A stretch of DNA of 57,267 bases, filler included, from Asterionella formosa (Eukaryota): NCBI GenBank assembly GCA_002256025.1. It is 5 parts of 5 records of this genome, joined end to end, with 100 filler letters (N's around TTAATTAATTAA, not from the genome) between each part and the next. Parts side by side here need not be neighbours in the genome. Positions count along the whole stretch, not along the records: positions 34,469 to 45,836 come from NKIB01008560.1; positions 45,937 to 57,267 come from NKIB01008576.1; 3 more parts are not named here. One strand, 5' to 3'. Each line of letters opens with the position of its first letter. Positions within the stretch are counted from its first letter, which is position 1. The notes beneath the pieces were generated by a model that was not told the DNA's origin, ran no database searches, and saw nothing but the letters and a program-made list of their open reading frames with translations. Of this stretch, positions 37,730 through 49,992 are shown piece after piece. The translations under genes and the position numbers were made by a program.

Positions 37730-38640
37730 TCCCATTTTGCTTGGTCACATTTGTATCCTTCTTTTGCATATTCATGAACATGGACTCCAAGGCAATGCTG
37801 TTTTCAGATTCACGTAGGTGCTCGACTTGATCATAAATTGCATTGTACCTTGCATAACCCTTCGTTTACCACCCTCCATACCGTTTGCCAACTCCTCCAT
37901 GGTTTGTAAAGAGGCATTTCACCAAAACACCTGAACCACCATCACTGCCAAGAAATATCATTACCAGTATCCCCAGTTGTATAGTTCTGGGTCCATACAT
38001 CCCAACTATTTTCTAAGACGAGCAAGGCATATGCTTCATCCGATACAGTCATGATGGAGGCCAATTTTTTTTGTTTTGGCTAGTAGCATAGTCACCATAC
38101 TTCACTACCCGAGAAAAAATGTAATTCACTAGAATAGCAAATGAAGGGATGATCTTCAACTTTACCAACATCTGGTGGTTCTGTCCTGGACTGAAAAATC
38201 GTATTCCGGAAAAGGAACTGTAACTTTCCATCCTCAACCATTCCTGTTCTTATAAATAAGTATTGTTTGGAAAAGGAAGCCAACAACAAGCACGACATCT
38301 CATTTTGAACTTACTTTTGAAACCCTCTCTGATTGATGTTGAAACAGCATTCCTTTTTTCAGACGTAATTATGTTGATGTCAGACTTATATGTGAACCAA
38401 AATGACTCAAACTCTTCGTCAGTACCATTTCTGAGTGATGGGAAATGATAACAAACAGCAACAGCAATGCTTTTGGGTTCCCTAATTTCCAAATCATAAT
38501 CACCTATGACGAATTTAACTTTTGGAAACAATTCCTCTCTGACCCCCCAGCTAGCTAGCCAGAAGGTTTGTCCAATGTTTGCAGTGGCCAATTCCACCTA
38601 CATTCCAATTGTTAAACGGCTGTTTTCTGCTGCTAATTCA
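37730..38640 (-). pseudogene. Decayed ORF of unknown function, probably a TE accessory gene
   Basis: LFPKVKF, TVSDEAYALLVLENSWDVW and YGGW..EGYARYN.IY..V...R read across stops and frameshifts. The family is recalled from repetitive algal ORFs and is not confirmed. Confidence 0.4.
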
Positions 38641-39533
38641 CGTAGGAGCTTGATTTCCTGTGTACACTCAGACAATAGAATAGTCCATTACACTTTTTGC
38701 ATAAAAGTGTCCGAAAATGCATAATGAGTTTGTCGGTGGAACTTGGGGTTACTTTTTTGACTAAATTTGTAGCAAGTCAATATTAATTTCTATCAATGAT
38801 AATAACTTTTCCTAACTAAATTTTCAAATACCGGTACTCTTTTTACTTGTTAGTATATTGAAAATCGAAAAATAAAAATAAATTTGCACTACTGTACATT
38901 TTGTCAAGAAATTGACATTGCAATGATCAATAACAAGTGCATGCCATCCAATCTTCTTTCCACCCTTCTTTTTAATGAAAGTTGACGAATTCACTGACTC
39001 CTATTTCCTAAACATGACGTCCAATAAACTATCAAGGTCCACATTCACGGTGTCTTCGACATGACCTTGTAGGAAATGCCAAAGTAAAATACGGTGAGTG
39101 TGGTCACGGTGCTGATCAAGCAGTACTCGAAGTCTCCATTTAATCACAACACAATAAGTGTTCTCAAGAAGTGGGACTGTAAGAATGGGGAACATTTTCC
39201 CAAGTCGGGATGCAGTTAGGCTGTTCGAGATCACCATCGTTGCTCGTTTGTAAATGATTTTGCAGGATGAGGATCTGTCACAGAATTTACAACATGACAG
39301 ATATCACTGCTATTACGGTACTACTATTACTAATAAGTGATCATGCAAGCATTTTAACCATATGGGAATCAAGTAGAAATGGATTCAGTAAAATTGTCGG
39401 TATTGTGGTCTGGTGATGGACCTGTACCTACATATATACAATATTATAAATTTATGATTATGTATGTTGGATAGTACTACTATCTGGTAGTTTTCATCAG
39501 GCAGGGTGAGGCAAATGCATTGAGTTATATTTT

Positions 39534-40077
39534 TTACTCCACTGGAAGCTTGTCAATAACGTTCGCAATCACTTCCATTTCTTTCTTCTCAAATGGCAGG
39601 TCGATCGCCATCATCTTGCTTTGTATTAGATCGAGCTCAATGAACCATTTGTCTGGATCAGAGGAGCTATTGTCCAGCTTGCATTTGTTGAAATCGCTTG
39701 CCAGCTGGATCAGGTCCAACACAGAATGGGGGGCATATCTCGCTTCGAGGTTCTTCCACGCCATTTATGCATCGCCATCGATCAAAGTTTTCGTTTTTGC
39801 TTGATTTACAAGTCCGAAGGCAATTCCGGTGCAGCTCATGATTAGCAGCTGGTAAGCCTTGTCATTGGCCTCGTAGATTGCCCTGACTCCCTTGTCTGTC
39901 TTGACTTCGTACTCTTCGTCAGACCACGGGTTGTGGTTCTTTGAGTACATCGTTTGAAAGCCTCTTGCCTTCGCCAGAGCAAGCGTTTTAACGCTCCACT
40001 GGTACCAGTTCATTTCATGGCCATCAAACTTGATGAAAAAAATCAAACTTGATGAGCCTCATGCTCTCTTCAGACAT
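39534..40077 (-). pseudogene. Copia gag fragment
   Basis: IKFDG..NWYQWSVK..ALA, NDKAYQLLI..C..IAFGLV and AWKNLEARY. A 19-bp-period duplication causes a frameshift at 40023-40055, there is an in-frame TAA at 39765-39767, and the ORF is truncated. Confidence 0.85.
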
Positions 40078-40117
40078 TTCTGAAAACATGTTAAACACTT
40101 AAGTTTGTTTATAAACG

Positions 40118-40536
40118 TGTTAAAGTATTACCTTTTTGATAGATCTTTTTCGTTAGACAAAGAAGACTATAGATAGAGACATTTGTTTCTCTTTCTGTTT
40201 CTATATCATTCTTATTGTGAGTTTACTAATCTAGTTTTAGGTTGTTCTGTTTGAACAAACAAACGAACTATTCTCCAAACGCTGTTTGCATTTCTAGAAA
40301 CATACAATCATAGATAGACCCATGTCTATCTCACACTTACTGATTATAGGTTTTTAACCATGATCATTCATTTTCAAACTATCGGTCTTCCGAAATAGCT
40401 TATATCGTCCGGCTCATTATAGGCGGAGTAACAAGGTATAATGTGTGGTTGATGAGAGCTTGGTACATCAAAGTTAACTCATTCGAATCGTTTGTTTCCG
40501 AATGATCCTAACTACGTAGATGAGCTCACTTTAACA
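40118..40536 (-). mobile_element. 5' LTR of the truncated Copia element
   Basis: Reverse-complement copy of the 23367-23787 LTR, 40 bp upstream of the gag ATG. Confidence 0.92.
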
Positions 40537-40859
40537 TGTTTACCGCTAGTATTATCGTGTGATGCACAGTGTGTATTGTGCGTTGTCTCCTATCCTAGTC
40601 GTACCTGGTACTCCGTGGAGTACCTGGCACGAGGTACCAGGTAGTCTACTGCAAGTAGTGTCAATATGCAGAGTAGAGGTTGCTATTGCTACTGGGTAGA
40701 AAGACGCTGGTCATGCCAAATGGATCCCTTCATCCTCATCATACCATGGCATGGAGGACTTTGGCGGACGATGCAGAGGAAACTTTGGGAAACTCAAAAG
40801 GCGCAATGGAAGCCTTGCAACAATGGGCCGTTTACCAACCCATGATGAAAACAAAAGTG

Positions 40860-40931
40860 AACAAAGAAATCGAACGTTTGAAGAATCAAATATCAACAAA
40901 GAAATCGAACGTTTGAAGAATCAAATATCAA
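40860..40931. repeat. 36-bp perfect tandem duplication
   Basis: AACAAAGAAATCGAACGTTTGAAGAATCAAATATCA twice. Confidence 0.9.
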
Positions 40932-41056
40932 TAAGATGAGATTGGAATAGGGGTGAGATGTATCTCCTCTGCTTCCTTCTTCTTTGTATGTAGGAACATC
41001 ATGCATGACTAGATATACCAATGTAATTCAATGTAACAATATTATGTAATACTTGT

Positions 41057-41650
41057 TTACTCTGCATCGTCCAGACAGTCCTCTCCCTCTACACAATCCA
41101 CAGGAGGATTTCCAGCAACACAGACTAGATTGATGCAATATCGATTCCCATGTTCATCTGGTAAGTTATGACCCAAATGAGTGCCATCCATACTGACTGT
41201 TTCTCCTCCAGGCAGGACTCGTACATTCTCCCAATGAACGTCGGCATCCCGAAAACTAGGCCATCCATGTTTAGTCGATTCTTCTAGAAATTCGTCTTTG
41301 GATCGATTTGCCACTGTGAACAACCTAATTCCAGTATTGGAATCATAAAATATTTGTTGTTCTTGAAGCAACTGTACCAACGAAGTGCTTCTAAAATATC
41401 CAGATCGTTCGGCATAGCGTCGATTGTGATTGCAAATTTGATTGGCCAATGTTGTGTCGCAATTCCAATTCAAAACTGATTGAATGGGAACGGAACTTGT
41501 CCCGTAGGCTTTAGGTGACATGATGGACGATGCATCACCCATGACACATGGACTCAAACACTCTGGTGATGATGGAGCACTACTTACATGACCATCACCA
41601 AAAATGGAAGAATAAAACGTCCAAAGTGATGCCAAAAGTAACTGAACCAT
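41057..41650 (-). CDS. msrB: Methionine-R-sulfoxide reductase B (MsrB/SelR)-like protein with N-terminal hydrophobic signal
   Basis: HGWPSF, GTHLGH and RYCIN motifs. Start placed at MVQLLLASLW; the upstream part of the ORF track looks non-coding. Confidence 0.82.
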   Translation of the reverse strand: MVQLLLASLWTFYSSIFGDGHVSSAPSSPECLSPCVMGDASSIMSPKAYGTSSVPIQSVLNWNCDTTLANQICNHNRRYAERSGYFRSTSLVQLLQEQQIFYDSNTGIRLFTVANRSKDEFLEESTKHGWPSFRDADVHWENVRVLPGGETVSMDGTHLGHNLPDEHGNRYCINLVCVAGNPPVDCVEGEDCLDDAE

Positions 41651-42226
41651 TTGATTGGTGGATGTACAGCGAGTTTTGCGTATTCTACTGTTTACAGGGT
41701 GCTGCTTCCCCTTTCCTGCTCTATTTGTCAACAAACAGATAATGGACTTTTTGTACACACTTGGGATGGAAAGAATAATCTTGAGCAATGATTGGTACCA
41801 GGTAGCAGCTGAGACGGATGTATCATCATGATGAGGAAGGCATGGATCATGGCTGTGGGAGATAATCCTGCTGTGCGTTTTGGATGCGCGCCGTACGAGA
41901 TGGAGGTATAAAGTACTGGAGTACTTTCTCCGTCGTAGCCACCAGTATGTACTACCGGTACCTGTACTCCTGTTGCTTTGTCTGTATGTGCGTATCATTC
42001 CTGCGGCGTGGAATTGGCTGCCCGCTGCAGCTGGCTGAGCGATGATGATCATCCGTCCCATCCAACGGACATGTCTCCATTCCAATGATGACAATATGTA
42101 AGCACGCCGATGTGCACGCAATATAACATATGTACTACCGTAAGCATTTCTAAATATTTAATTTTATTTAACAAATTATTACTTTTTGCCTCGCTTAGTA
42201 TATCACCTTCCAAGACCAGAAAGACC

Positions 42227-43192
42227 ATGACGACTGTGCGGTGAGTGTGAAGGTCGAGTCGTTCCTGTTGCCAGCTGTGATGCACGCACCAACCGTAATA
42301 CTGACCTACCGCTGCCTTTGCCTGTAGGTACTTCCTCCCCGAGGACGGAGACACGGAGCTGAACCCCAATGTCTTTTTAGCTCCCAAGCCTCGACAGCCA
42401 GGAACTCCCCCCACCTTGGCGGAGATCAAAAATGCCTTTCCCCTGCCAGGCAAATATCACTTTCGATTCAAGTCTGCATTAGTTCCGGGAGGAGACAGAG
42501 AAAAGAATTCCGTCGCAGTGTGGATGGACTGTGTCGACGACCGACTTCCGATTCCGATTTGGAGGAATTCCATTGTTGCCAAGGTGACTAGACTTTCAGC
42601 AGACGACGACGACGATGATGACGACGACGACGACGACCAGCACTTTGCGCACATGACACCGGCGTCAGCAGCAGCGGCACCTATTGCTGGTAGCACGCAA
42701 CAAGCACACCCTCCCCCTACTCGTCATCATGCTCCTGACTTTGATATCTTTGGTGGAGGGGCTGCGACGAATGGCACGTCTTCCACTCATTCCGCACCTC
42801 CTTCAATGCCGAATTCGGCATCCAATTCAATGCACAACTTTTTGGATGCATCGTCACACCATTCCATCCACCAATCTCCAGCATCCTTGTTGGATATGCA
42901 AGCCCCCACTAGCAACAACCCAGGCAGTAGTAGTCTTGCTGGTACTGCTGCAGCCAATGATTTTTTGGGTATGATGTCACATGCACCCAATACGCCTGCT
43001 CCAAACACTTTTGGACAACAACCACAACAAACACCCACTGCTACAAGTGCCTATCCTGGATATCCAACCCCTGGTGTTCCTCACGCTTCTGCTGTTCGAC
43101 CAAACAATTCCAGCAGTAACAACAATAATATCTTTGATAATTTTACAGCTGCAGCGAACCCAGGACCCTTTGGTGGTTTGGAATGGAAGTAG
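42227..43192 (+). CDS. DIX-like domain protein with acidic linker and disordered tail; exons 42227-42240 and 42328-43192
   Basis: GTGAGT..CTGAC..TAG intron 42241-42327 gives MTTVRYFLPEDGD..PNVF..PTLAEIKNAFPLPGKYHFRFKS..VWMD..PIW..IVAKVTR, a DIX-like beta-grasp pattern. Confidence 0.75.
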
Positions 43193-43856
43193 AAATTTGA
43201 ATACTGAATATTATTAATGAATGGTTGAACAAGTGCATGTTCTGCCCTCTTTGTAAATATCCAAAATCCACATTTAAACTCAATCTCTCTCAAGATCCAT
43301 TTCCAGATTTCATGAATGTCATGTCCTTACATTATAATCATGGTATTATGAAATATAGTGAGTAGTATTCATAAAAATGGTACGGTAGGCTCCCAGTAGT
43401 TAAAACTCAATAGAATTGTGTGGTCTAGTTTTGGCAATCTCATAAATTAGGAATGTATTAGCATTCTATTATAACCTACCTATACTATTACAGTTGCATA
43501 TTGTAATAAAAATGTAACCATAGTTCAATATACGTTGCACTTTTATTTTGTTTCAGCTCAGTTGGCCATTATTGCTTTTTATAGATGTTTCATTCAACAG
43601 ATCAGGAAAAAGCAATATTCAACCCTAAGATGAGAGATTCTAACAAAACTCAAGCTCCCCTAGATACACTCCGCTTTCTTCGTTGCCGTTGAAATATATA
43701 TATTTATATACATATAGTCTCTTTTTTCCCTTGGGTGCAGAATTATTGTAAGGGGGGAATAGATCCTATTTCAATGCAATCTTATCCAATGCAACAGCTT
43801 AAATCAAGCTTCTGCTGTTATGTATAATATATAGTAGTGCAAAAGATTCTTCCTTG

Positions 43857-44736
43857 CTACAGATGAATTACGGAAATATCCATGGCAGCTCCAGGGGCCC
43901 ATTTGATTTTGTCCATATTTCGTTGTTCGTCAAGGTCCGTAAATTCTTGACGACAACATGGGCAGGGTGTCGATTCTTGCATCTTGACCAACCAGTCGGT
44001 GACGCATTCTTCATGGAAACAATGCGGACAATTATTGGACCAAACGACATTCTCACCAACATTGTAGGAACTTAAACAAATGGCACAGCCATTTGGGACA
44101 GTACGACGTTCGCCGCCATTGGCAATACGAAGGGAGATGCTAGTGTTGGATTCCAAGTCTATGGCATCAGTAGCATCGTCCACCAGGAAGTCACCTTCTT
44201 GGATAATCTATAGAGGAAATTGTTTTATTGCGTGTGTGTGTGTTTGCGTGAACGAAGAAAAAAAAAGGTGAGTTTTTGGCAATGTAAATCTCTAGCATTT
44301 TCGAGCCTAATGCGAAAAGAGAAAGGTGAAACAAAAAACAAAACAAAAAAAAGTATCCGTCCTTGTGTGAACTTTTCAAACTTACCATGGTGACTTGATT
44401 GCGGTTCCAACTCTTTTTCAATAGTTCACGTTGTTTGTCTGGTGCCGACTTTTTTGCCTCGGCTTCTGCTAGACGTTGTGCCATACGATTGCGAGCATAT
44501 TGAATATCCGAACTAGTGCTGGCCCACGTCGCGAATTGTTCCGCTCCATCACATTTTCTGCAAAAGCAAACTGTAAGAAGAATAGCAACAACAATCCAAG
44601 CAGCGTTGATTAGAACAATTAGGGTCGGATTCCAAGAACTGGATCCTGACGAATCTCCAAGTAGTCGTGCATATTGTGAAGACTGATCCAATGAAAGGAT
44701 TTCATTGAGTCCTTGAGTAATAACAAAGCTTGACAT
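43857..44736 (-). CDS. Transmembrane RING-H2 E3 ubiquitin ligase; exons 44736-44386 and 44207-43857
   Basis: TM segment LIVLINAAWIVVAILLTVCF; GT-AG intron 44208-44385 in frame; CAIC..CPHCFHEEC..W..CPCCR. Confidence 0.88.
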
Positions 44737-45836
44737 GATCTCACACAATGGGAGAGCTAGTAATGTACTGTACGGCAGAGAATCTTGAGAAACACAAAGC
44801 ACAGCAAGAAATCATCGATTAACGGGGTAAGGAGGGAATCTACTACTATAACATTGCTTTGCTGATAATGAGCAGAAATTGCAAGTCTAATAGCGGTAAT
44901 GAAAATACCGGTATGATACCGGTTTATACAAAATACATATCGAGAACCCATCAATCATCTTGTTTTCAGTTTGCAGTTACAACAACAAGGTGAGAGAGAC
45001 CGAACGCAAATTTAGCACAAATGCATGGTATCTCGTACCGGTAGACACAAATATAATAAATGAATATATAATTGATACCTTTTCTGTCGGATTTTCGTCG
45101 GACTGGTGACACTGCGCACTTTTTATATCTAAGCAACTTTTTATAAGTGTGTATTGCCCTTCTATTGAATTTGAACTATAAATAAAACGAGCATAAATAG
45201 CAGAAAATACATTTCTGCTTTGCGACCATACCTGGAGTACACGGTATATATTGGGTGCTGTATGCTGTACATTGGGCCCTCAGTGTTCTTTCTACAACAT
45301 TGCATCGATTCCGCTCTTAAATTTTAATAGAAAAAAGGATAACGATCTAGCACAACTGTAAAGATAACTTGCTAGCTTATAGAGTTGAAAAGAAACTTGA
45401 GGTTCCCCTAACAAAAACTTTTCCTACAAACAAGATTTGGAGGTTTACCAGTTTATACTACATTTTTGCTAACTCACTTTCAATCATGCGAAATCAAGTT
45501 TTAAGTTTAGAGTCCATATCCTCCTCCACTGTGTTGTGTTCCCAAACAAAGACAACCAACAGCCCAAACGCAATGAAAAATCCATCAAGTGCGACAAGTC
45601 ACTACAAACCCCTGCCACAATGATGGAGTTCACCATGCGCTCGTTCACATGTTGGAAATTATCTCATTGGAAGGGATAACTGTCGTCGATAGCGACTGGG
45701 GCGCTCAAACGTATTCTTTCCATGAACATTGACGCTTGCCAGCTTCACTTCTGGTGTTTTCTTTTGCGGGATAGAGGGGTCGTCCGCCTCCACAGTTGTT
45801 ATGTAACGCATTCCGCGACGAGATCGATGTGTCAAT

Positions 45837-45936
45837 NNNNNNNNNNNNNNNNNNNNNNNNNNNNNNNNNNNNNNNNNNNNTTAATTAATTAANNNNNNNN
45901 NNNNNNNNNNNNNNNNNNNNNNNNNNNNNNNNNNNN
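45837..45936. other. Artificial scaffold linker
   Basis: N44-TTAATTAATTAA-N44. Confidence 0.97.
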
Positions 45937-45974
45937 AGATCGAACACCAAAACGTTAGTTGATATCAAACAGCT

Positions 45975-46035
45975 TTTTTGTATGATCAATCAGTAATTCT
46001 GTATGATCAATCAGTTTTTTTGAATGATCAATCAA
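45975..46035. repeat. Three ~21-bp direct repeats
   Basis: TG(T/A)ATGATCAATCA three times. Confidence 0.7.
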
Positions 46036-47500
46036 AAAATAATACGTCATACTGAGAATTATTGGGACAGTGGGTCTTACAGCAAAACTATTAGGGCCTA
46101 ATGGTTTTTTTATTTACAGACGACTTCTTTGATCACAATAATAATCTAGGATGTTTCCAGGGCTGCATTTTTGAGCTAGAAGCGAAATTCAAAACCAATG
46201 GCGTTTCAATTTCACTCAAGCAGAAAGCAAACGATTTTCAAGAATCAAGCTAGTTGTTAAGCGCATTGAAGCCCTCATTTTGAAGACAAACAAAACATCA
46301 ACAATAATTCTGCAAGTTGTAGATGATTCCTTAACCAGTTTGAATTCGAAAATTATTACCATAACAAACATTGAGCAACATCTGACAACAATTTCGACTA
46401 TCTAGCATTGCAAATTTCTAATCAAGGTTTGACATGTTCACCATCAGCTACTGAGATGCCTGTAGTGAAGGCAAAATGTGTCATCAAACCTACTGTTGAA
46501 TTTGAATTGACAGCTAAAAAACCTGCACACAAGTATCATATTTGACAAACTAAATTTGGAACCATTACTGAACCGATTGAAGTAGCCAACGTTGCGAAAG
46601 TTGATGATGCATACAATTCTACATTGATGACAACTGGTATGTGTGCTTTGTGTGGTGACACCATTCAATTGCATCATTGTATCATTTCTTGCAAAAAATC
46701 ATCTATCAGGCTATCAAGTTCAGGTGAGCAAGGAACAACGTGTTCTAATTATCTTGTAAAAGTTAAAAACGTCGACTTAGATGAAGATAATTAAATTAAG
46801 ATGAATTAGAAGTAAAAGAAGGAGATATATTTATTATAAAACCAATAGAATGTAGAACAAGATCTGAATCTCACTCAGGAGCTTTGAAAAATGCATATGT
46901 GTCATTTCTACCATTAATTAGCATTTTCGCTTAAAGTTATTCACTTAAACATTTTGGTAGTCTCAGCATTCAAAAATCCATATTTCGCTTCCTGAATTCA
47001 AAGCATGTGCTTATATATTGGAAGCGCCTTTTTTCCCTTGCGTGAGTCGTGAGCAAGATTTGAGAGCGAAAGCAGAACTTTGTCATGATTGAATGACCAA
47101 ATCAGACGAAACGCTTGCGCTGCCACAATCATTGTTTTTCGACGCCTTTGGATTCATCGTATTATGCTTGCGAAATAGATGAAAAGTGCTTGGTGGTACA
47201 TTGATTGGACGCATCGCTTGGATTGCTCACAATTCATTCTCGATTGTTATGTGATTGATGACTGCCTGGATGGTATGGGTCGTGTTTCTTGCACGGTTGC
47301 CACGGCTCGCTATGGCTCTGGGATGGTGTGGCGACCTTCTTCTGTCATGCTGAGAGATTCAGCTTGTTGATTTACGACTCCGCAATTTACGATGACTTCG
47401 GGGCAGGAGGAACAGATTGGGACAACTATTTTGCGATTTTGATGGAAGATGGGATTTACTTTCAATTATTATAGCTAGCTGCCCTACCTGGTACCAGGTA

Positions 47501-49992
47501 TCAGTCAAAAACTGCTCAAGACAGTTGAAACACGTAGAGATTCCTGATTCCTGATCAGGTTATGAGAGTGTCAATTTATTTTCGTCTCTAGTGACCTGAT
47601 TAGGAACATGTACCACAATCCACTAGATGATTGAGTCAAGGACACATGGTTAAATATCGCGTGTAAAATGCCACAGTTGAGAGAAGAACTTTCAGGAGAA
47701 GTTCTCTCTAACCTATTAATTGGACTCTAGAAGACAATCAGACCTATAAAGAAGCAAACTAGATATGATCTAGTTATGATTAACAGGATCATTCTGTAAG
47801 CATTCTTCGATCAAACAGCATCTGGCCTTAGTTGAGACAGGCCAAGATTAAGACAAATGTGTGTTAAGGAAGAGGATGTAGTTTATTCTCAGTTCAAGTT
47901 GGGAACACAAATGAACCTTGCCTCCGAAGATCACCTCTATTTTGAAACATGCATGAGCTTGGAAGTTTCAAAATTATACATTCAAATTTACATTTACATT
48001 AAGCTCACTCTTTTATAAAAACAACTATTAGCAAACAAAGTAAAACAAACAAATTGTGTAGAAACATTTTTCTAGCAACTTTTACTGCGTGAGAGCTACA
48101 GATACGTAGCATCTACCAACTAAGACCACTATGAACTGCTTAGACCGATATAACGGGGTAATCTTACATTTTGTACTACAAACTTTTTCAATTTTAGCAA
48201 TACGACAAAGTTTACTATGAACGAGTCATTTGTTTCACGCATCTACATATAGGATGTCTTAACGCCCGATCGATGTTGTGTTCCAGTTGGTCAGATAAAC
48301 AACTTCGAAAATGTTGAGTGAGGCACATCGGAAGAAAAAAAATTAACTCGTTTAGCTGGGCCGACATTTCATGTTCATATACGATATTAGTTAATTTTTA
48401 ATACTTCAAATTAATATAGCTTCCTTTAACGCTTTTCTTGAGGTGGATTATAATTACGGCGCAATTGTGTGCGACATCCCAATGTAAACATGCACACTAG
48501 TTCGCACCATAGCAATTTAGTGATTTTGTACTGTCAAAATTGATGCATCCTGAAATGCTCTTGAGACCATCACAATATATCACATTTTCATTTCTCCGGA
48601 TCTTACAACTTAGTAAAATGAACCGAAGTAGTACCAAACCTCGAGCAAGTACAGAGTTATTTGTAAGTCTCTAGATAAGGATTTAGTAAAGCTTGTTCTA
48701 AACAACAATGTCAGAGAAGTAGACGCTAGAAAGGCTAACGGTGGAGGAGTTGTTTTACCAAGTTTTGCTATTGCTAGCTAAATTATTAGTAGCAGACAAA
48801 GTTGAAACAATAACGTGGCTAACAAAAGACATGGTGAAGTACCCTTTGAAGAAATTGAATAATGACAACAAAGATCTAGTAGTAGGGGGTTTGAATTCTA
48901 TAGTGCTATTGGATTGTTCCCCAGCAGAATGAATCGAAACTAGCAGTACACTTACCTTTGGAACCAGAGCCACCACTACTGCATCGTCCACTTTAACACC
49001 AGTTACATGTGATGCAGATAGACACAGCAGTGAAAGAAACAATAATCTAGCCGATAGACCGGAACAGCATGAGACTCAACAAACACAACTTTCCGGTGAG
49101 AAGGGGGGGGGGACAAATACAAACGAAAAAAGTGTTTCATTGAGACCATGAAACTTGCTCCAGCACCACAAGCATGTGGTCGGCATCAATCTTGATCAGA
49201 TGGCTTGCCAGTTAGCACTATTGGCGATCGCTCAAAGTAAAAGGTATATGGCAGGACTTCATGTGGCGGCTGGACGCTTTAAACTGGGAACGGAAGCAAT
49301 GGACGATATGGCTAGGAGAAAAGAAGAGCAGAGTAGAAGGAGAGTGAGAAAGCGAATAAGAAAGTCATGGATTATAAAGTAACATTGAACGAGGTGCAAG
49401 CGATCAGAGCAATCAACAAACGGCCACACAAATTGACGGTGGCGCAAACAAAAACAATCGTGTTGTGGTACAAACGAATTGGCGATGCACAATGCATTAC
49501 CTGCAACGAAACAACTACCGGTACTGCTTACCGAGTATGTAGATACAATCAGAGGTGGCGATGCACCAGTCCCAGCTGCCGTAGCAATACTGCCAGCATC
49601 GGCCTCAGCTGCAGAGGATGACGAGGATGAAGTTGTGATAATGGAAAAGTGATTTATGTGTTGTTTGCACAATAAATCGACGTCAGTTGACACCAGAAAT
49701 TTAAGAAAATATGGAAAACGAGGTAATATTTTCTAACCGTTTACCATTAAAAAATATTCATACACGAGGAAAAATATATGAATGGCTCAAGACCACTAAA
49801 ATGCAAAATGAACGAGTTAAAAAGTTCGATATCGCAAGAAATATCCTTCCAATTGTCAAAATGATTCATTTATCTAGTACTTGCATGCAATAGTTGACCT
49901 CTATTCAATGGGTTTTAAATGGGGTCGGCTGAACATTTTTCTAATTTTAGTCCAAAAAGGGGAAATATAGTGGTTAAGCAGTTTTTGACTGG
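47501..49992 (+). mobile_element. Non-autonomous pogo/Tc1-mariner-like DNA transposon with both TIRs
   Basis: TA|TCAGTCAAAAACTGCTCAAGAC ... GGTTAAGCAGTTTTTGACTGG|TA, with TA at 47499-47500 and 49993-49994. Only a decayed coding remnant (~49155-49690) remains; no DDE core was seen. Confidence 0.88.
47523..48121. mobile_element. 599-bp solo-LTR-like insertion nested in the left TIR
   Basis: Termini AGTTG...CAACT with 5-bp direct repeat AAGAC (47518-47522 and 48122-48126). Removing it restores TIR ..CTGCTCAAGACCACTA, matching the 33714 copy. Confidence 0.82.

Noticed and set aside
38902..39299. Possible solo LTR TGTCAAG...CATGACA
   Set aside because: Flanks (CATTT and GATAT) do not form a target-site duplication.
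23367..40536. Inverted LTR pair enclosing CAND1
   Set aside because: The pair crosses a linker, the orientation is wrong for one element, and the left copy has its own target-site duplication.
40860..40931. CRISPR-like 36-bp repeat
   Set aside because: Only two adjacent copies with no spacer, in a eukaryotic context with no cas genes.
41651..42121. N-terminal extension of the 354-aa msrB ORF
   Set aside because: Starts at a non-ATG codon, covers the divergent promoter and GGTAC motifs, and has no protein-like character.
33714..49992. Apparent 16-kb composite transposon bounded by ~650-bp inverted repeats
   Set aside because: The two copies are on different scaffolds separated by two artificial linkers, and the right copy has its own partner TIR at 47501.
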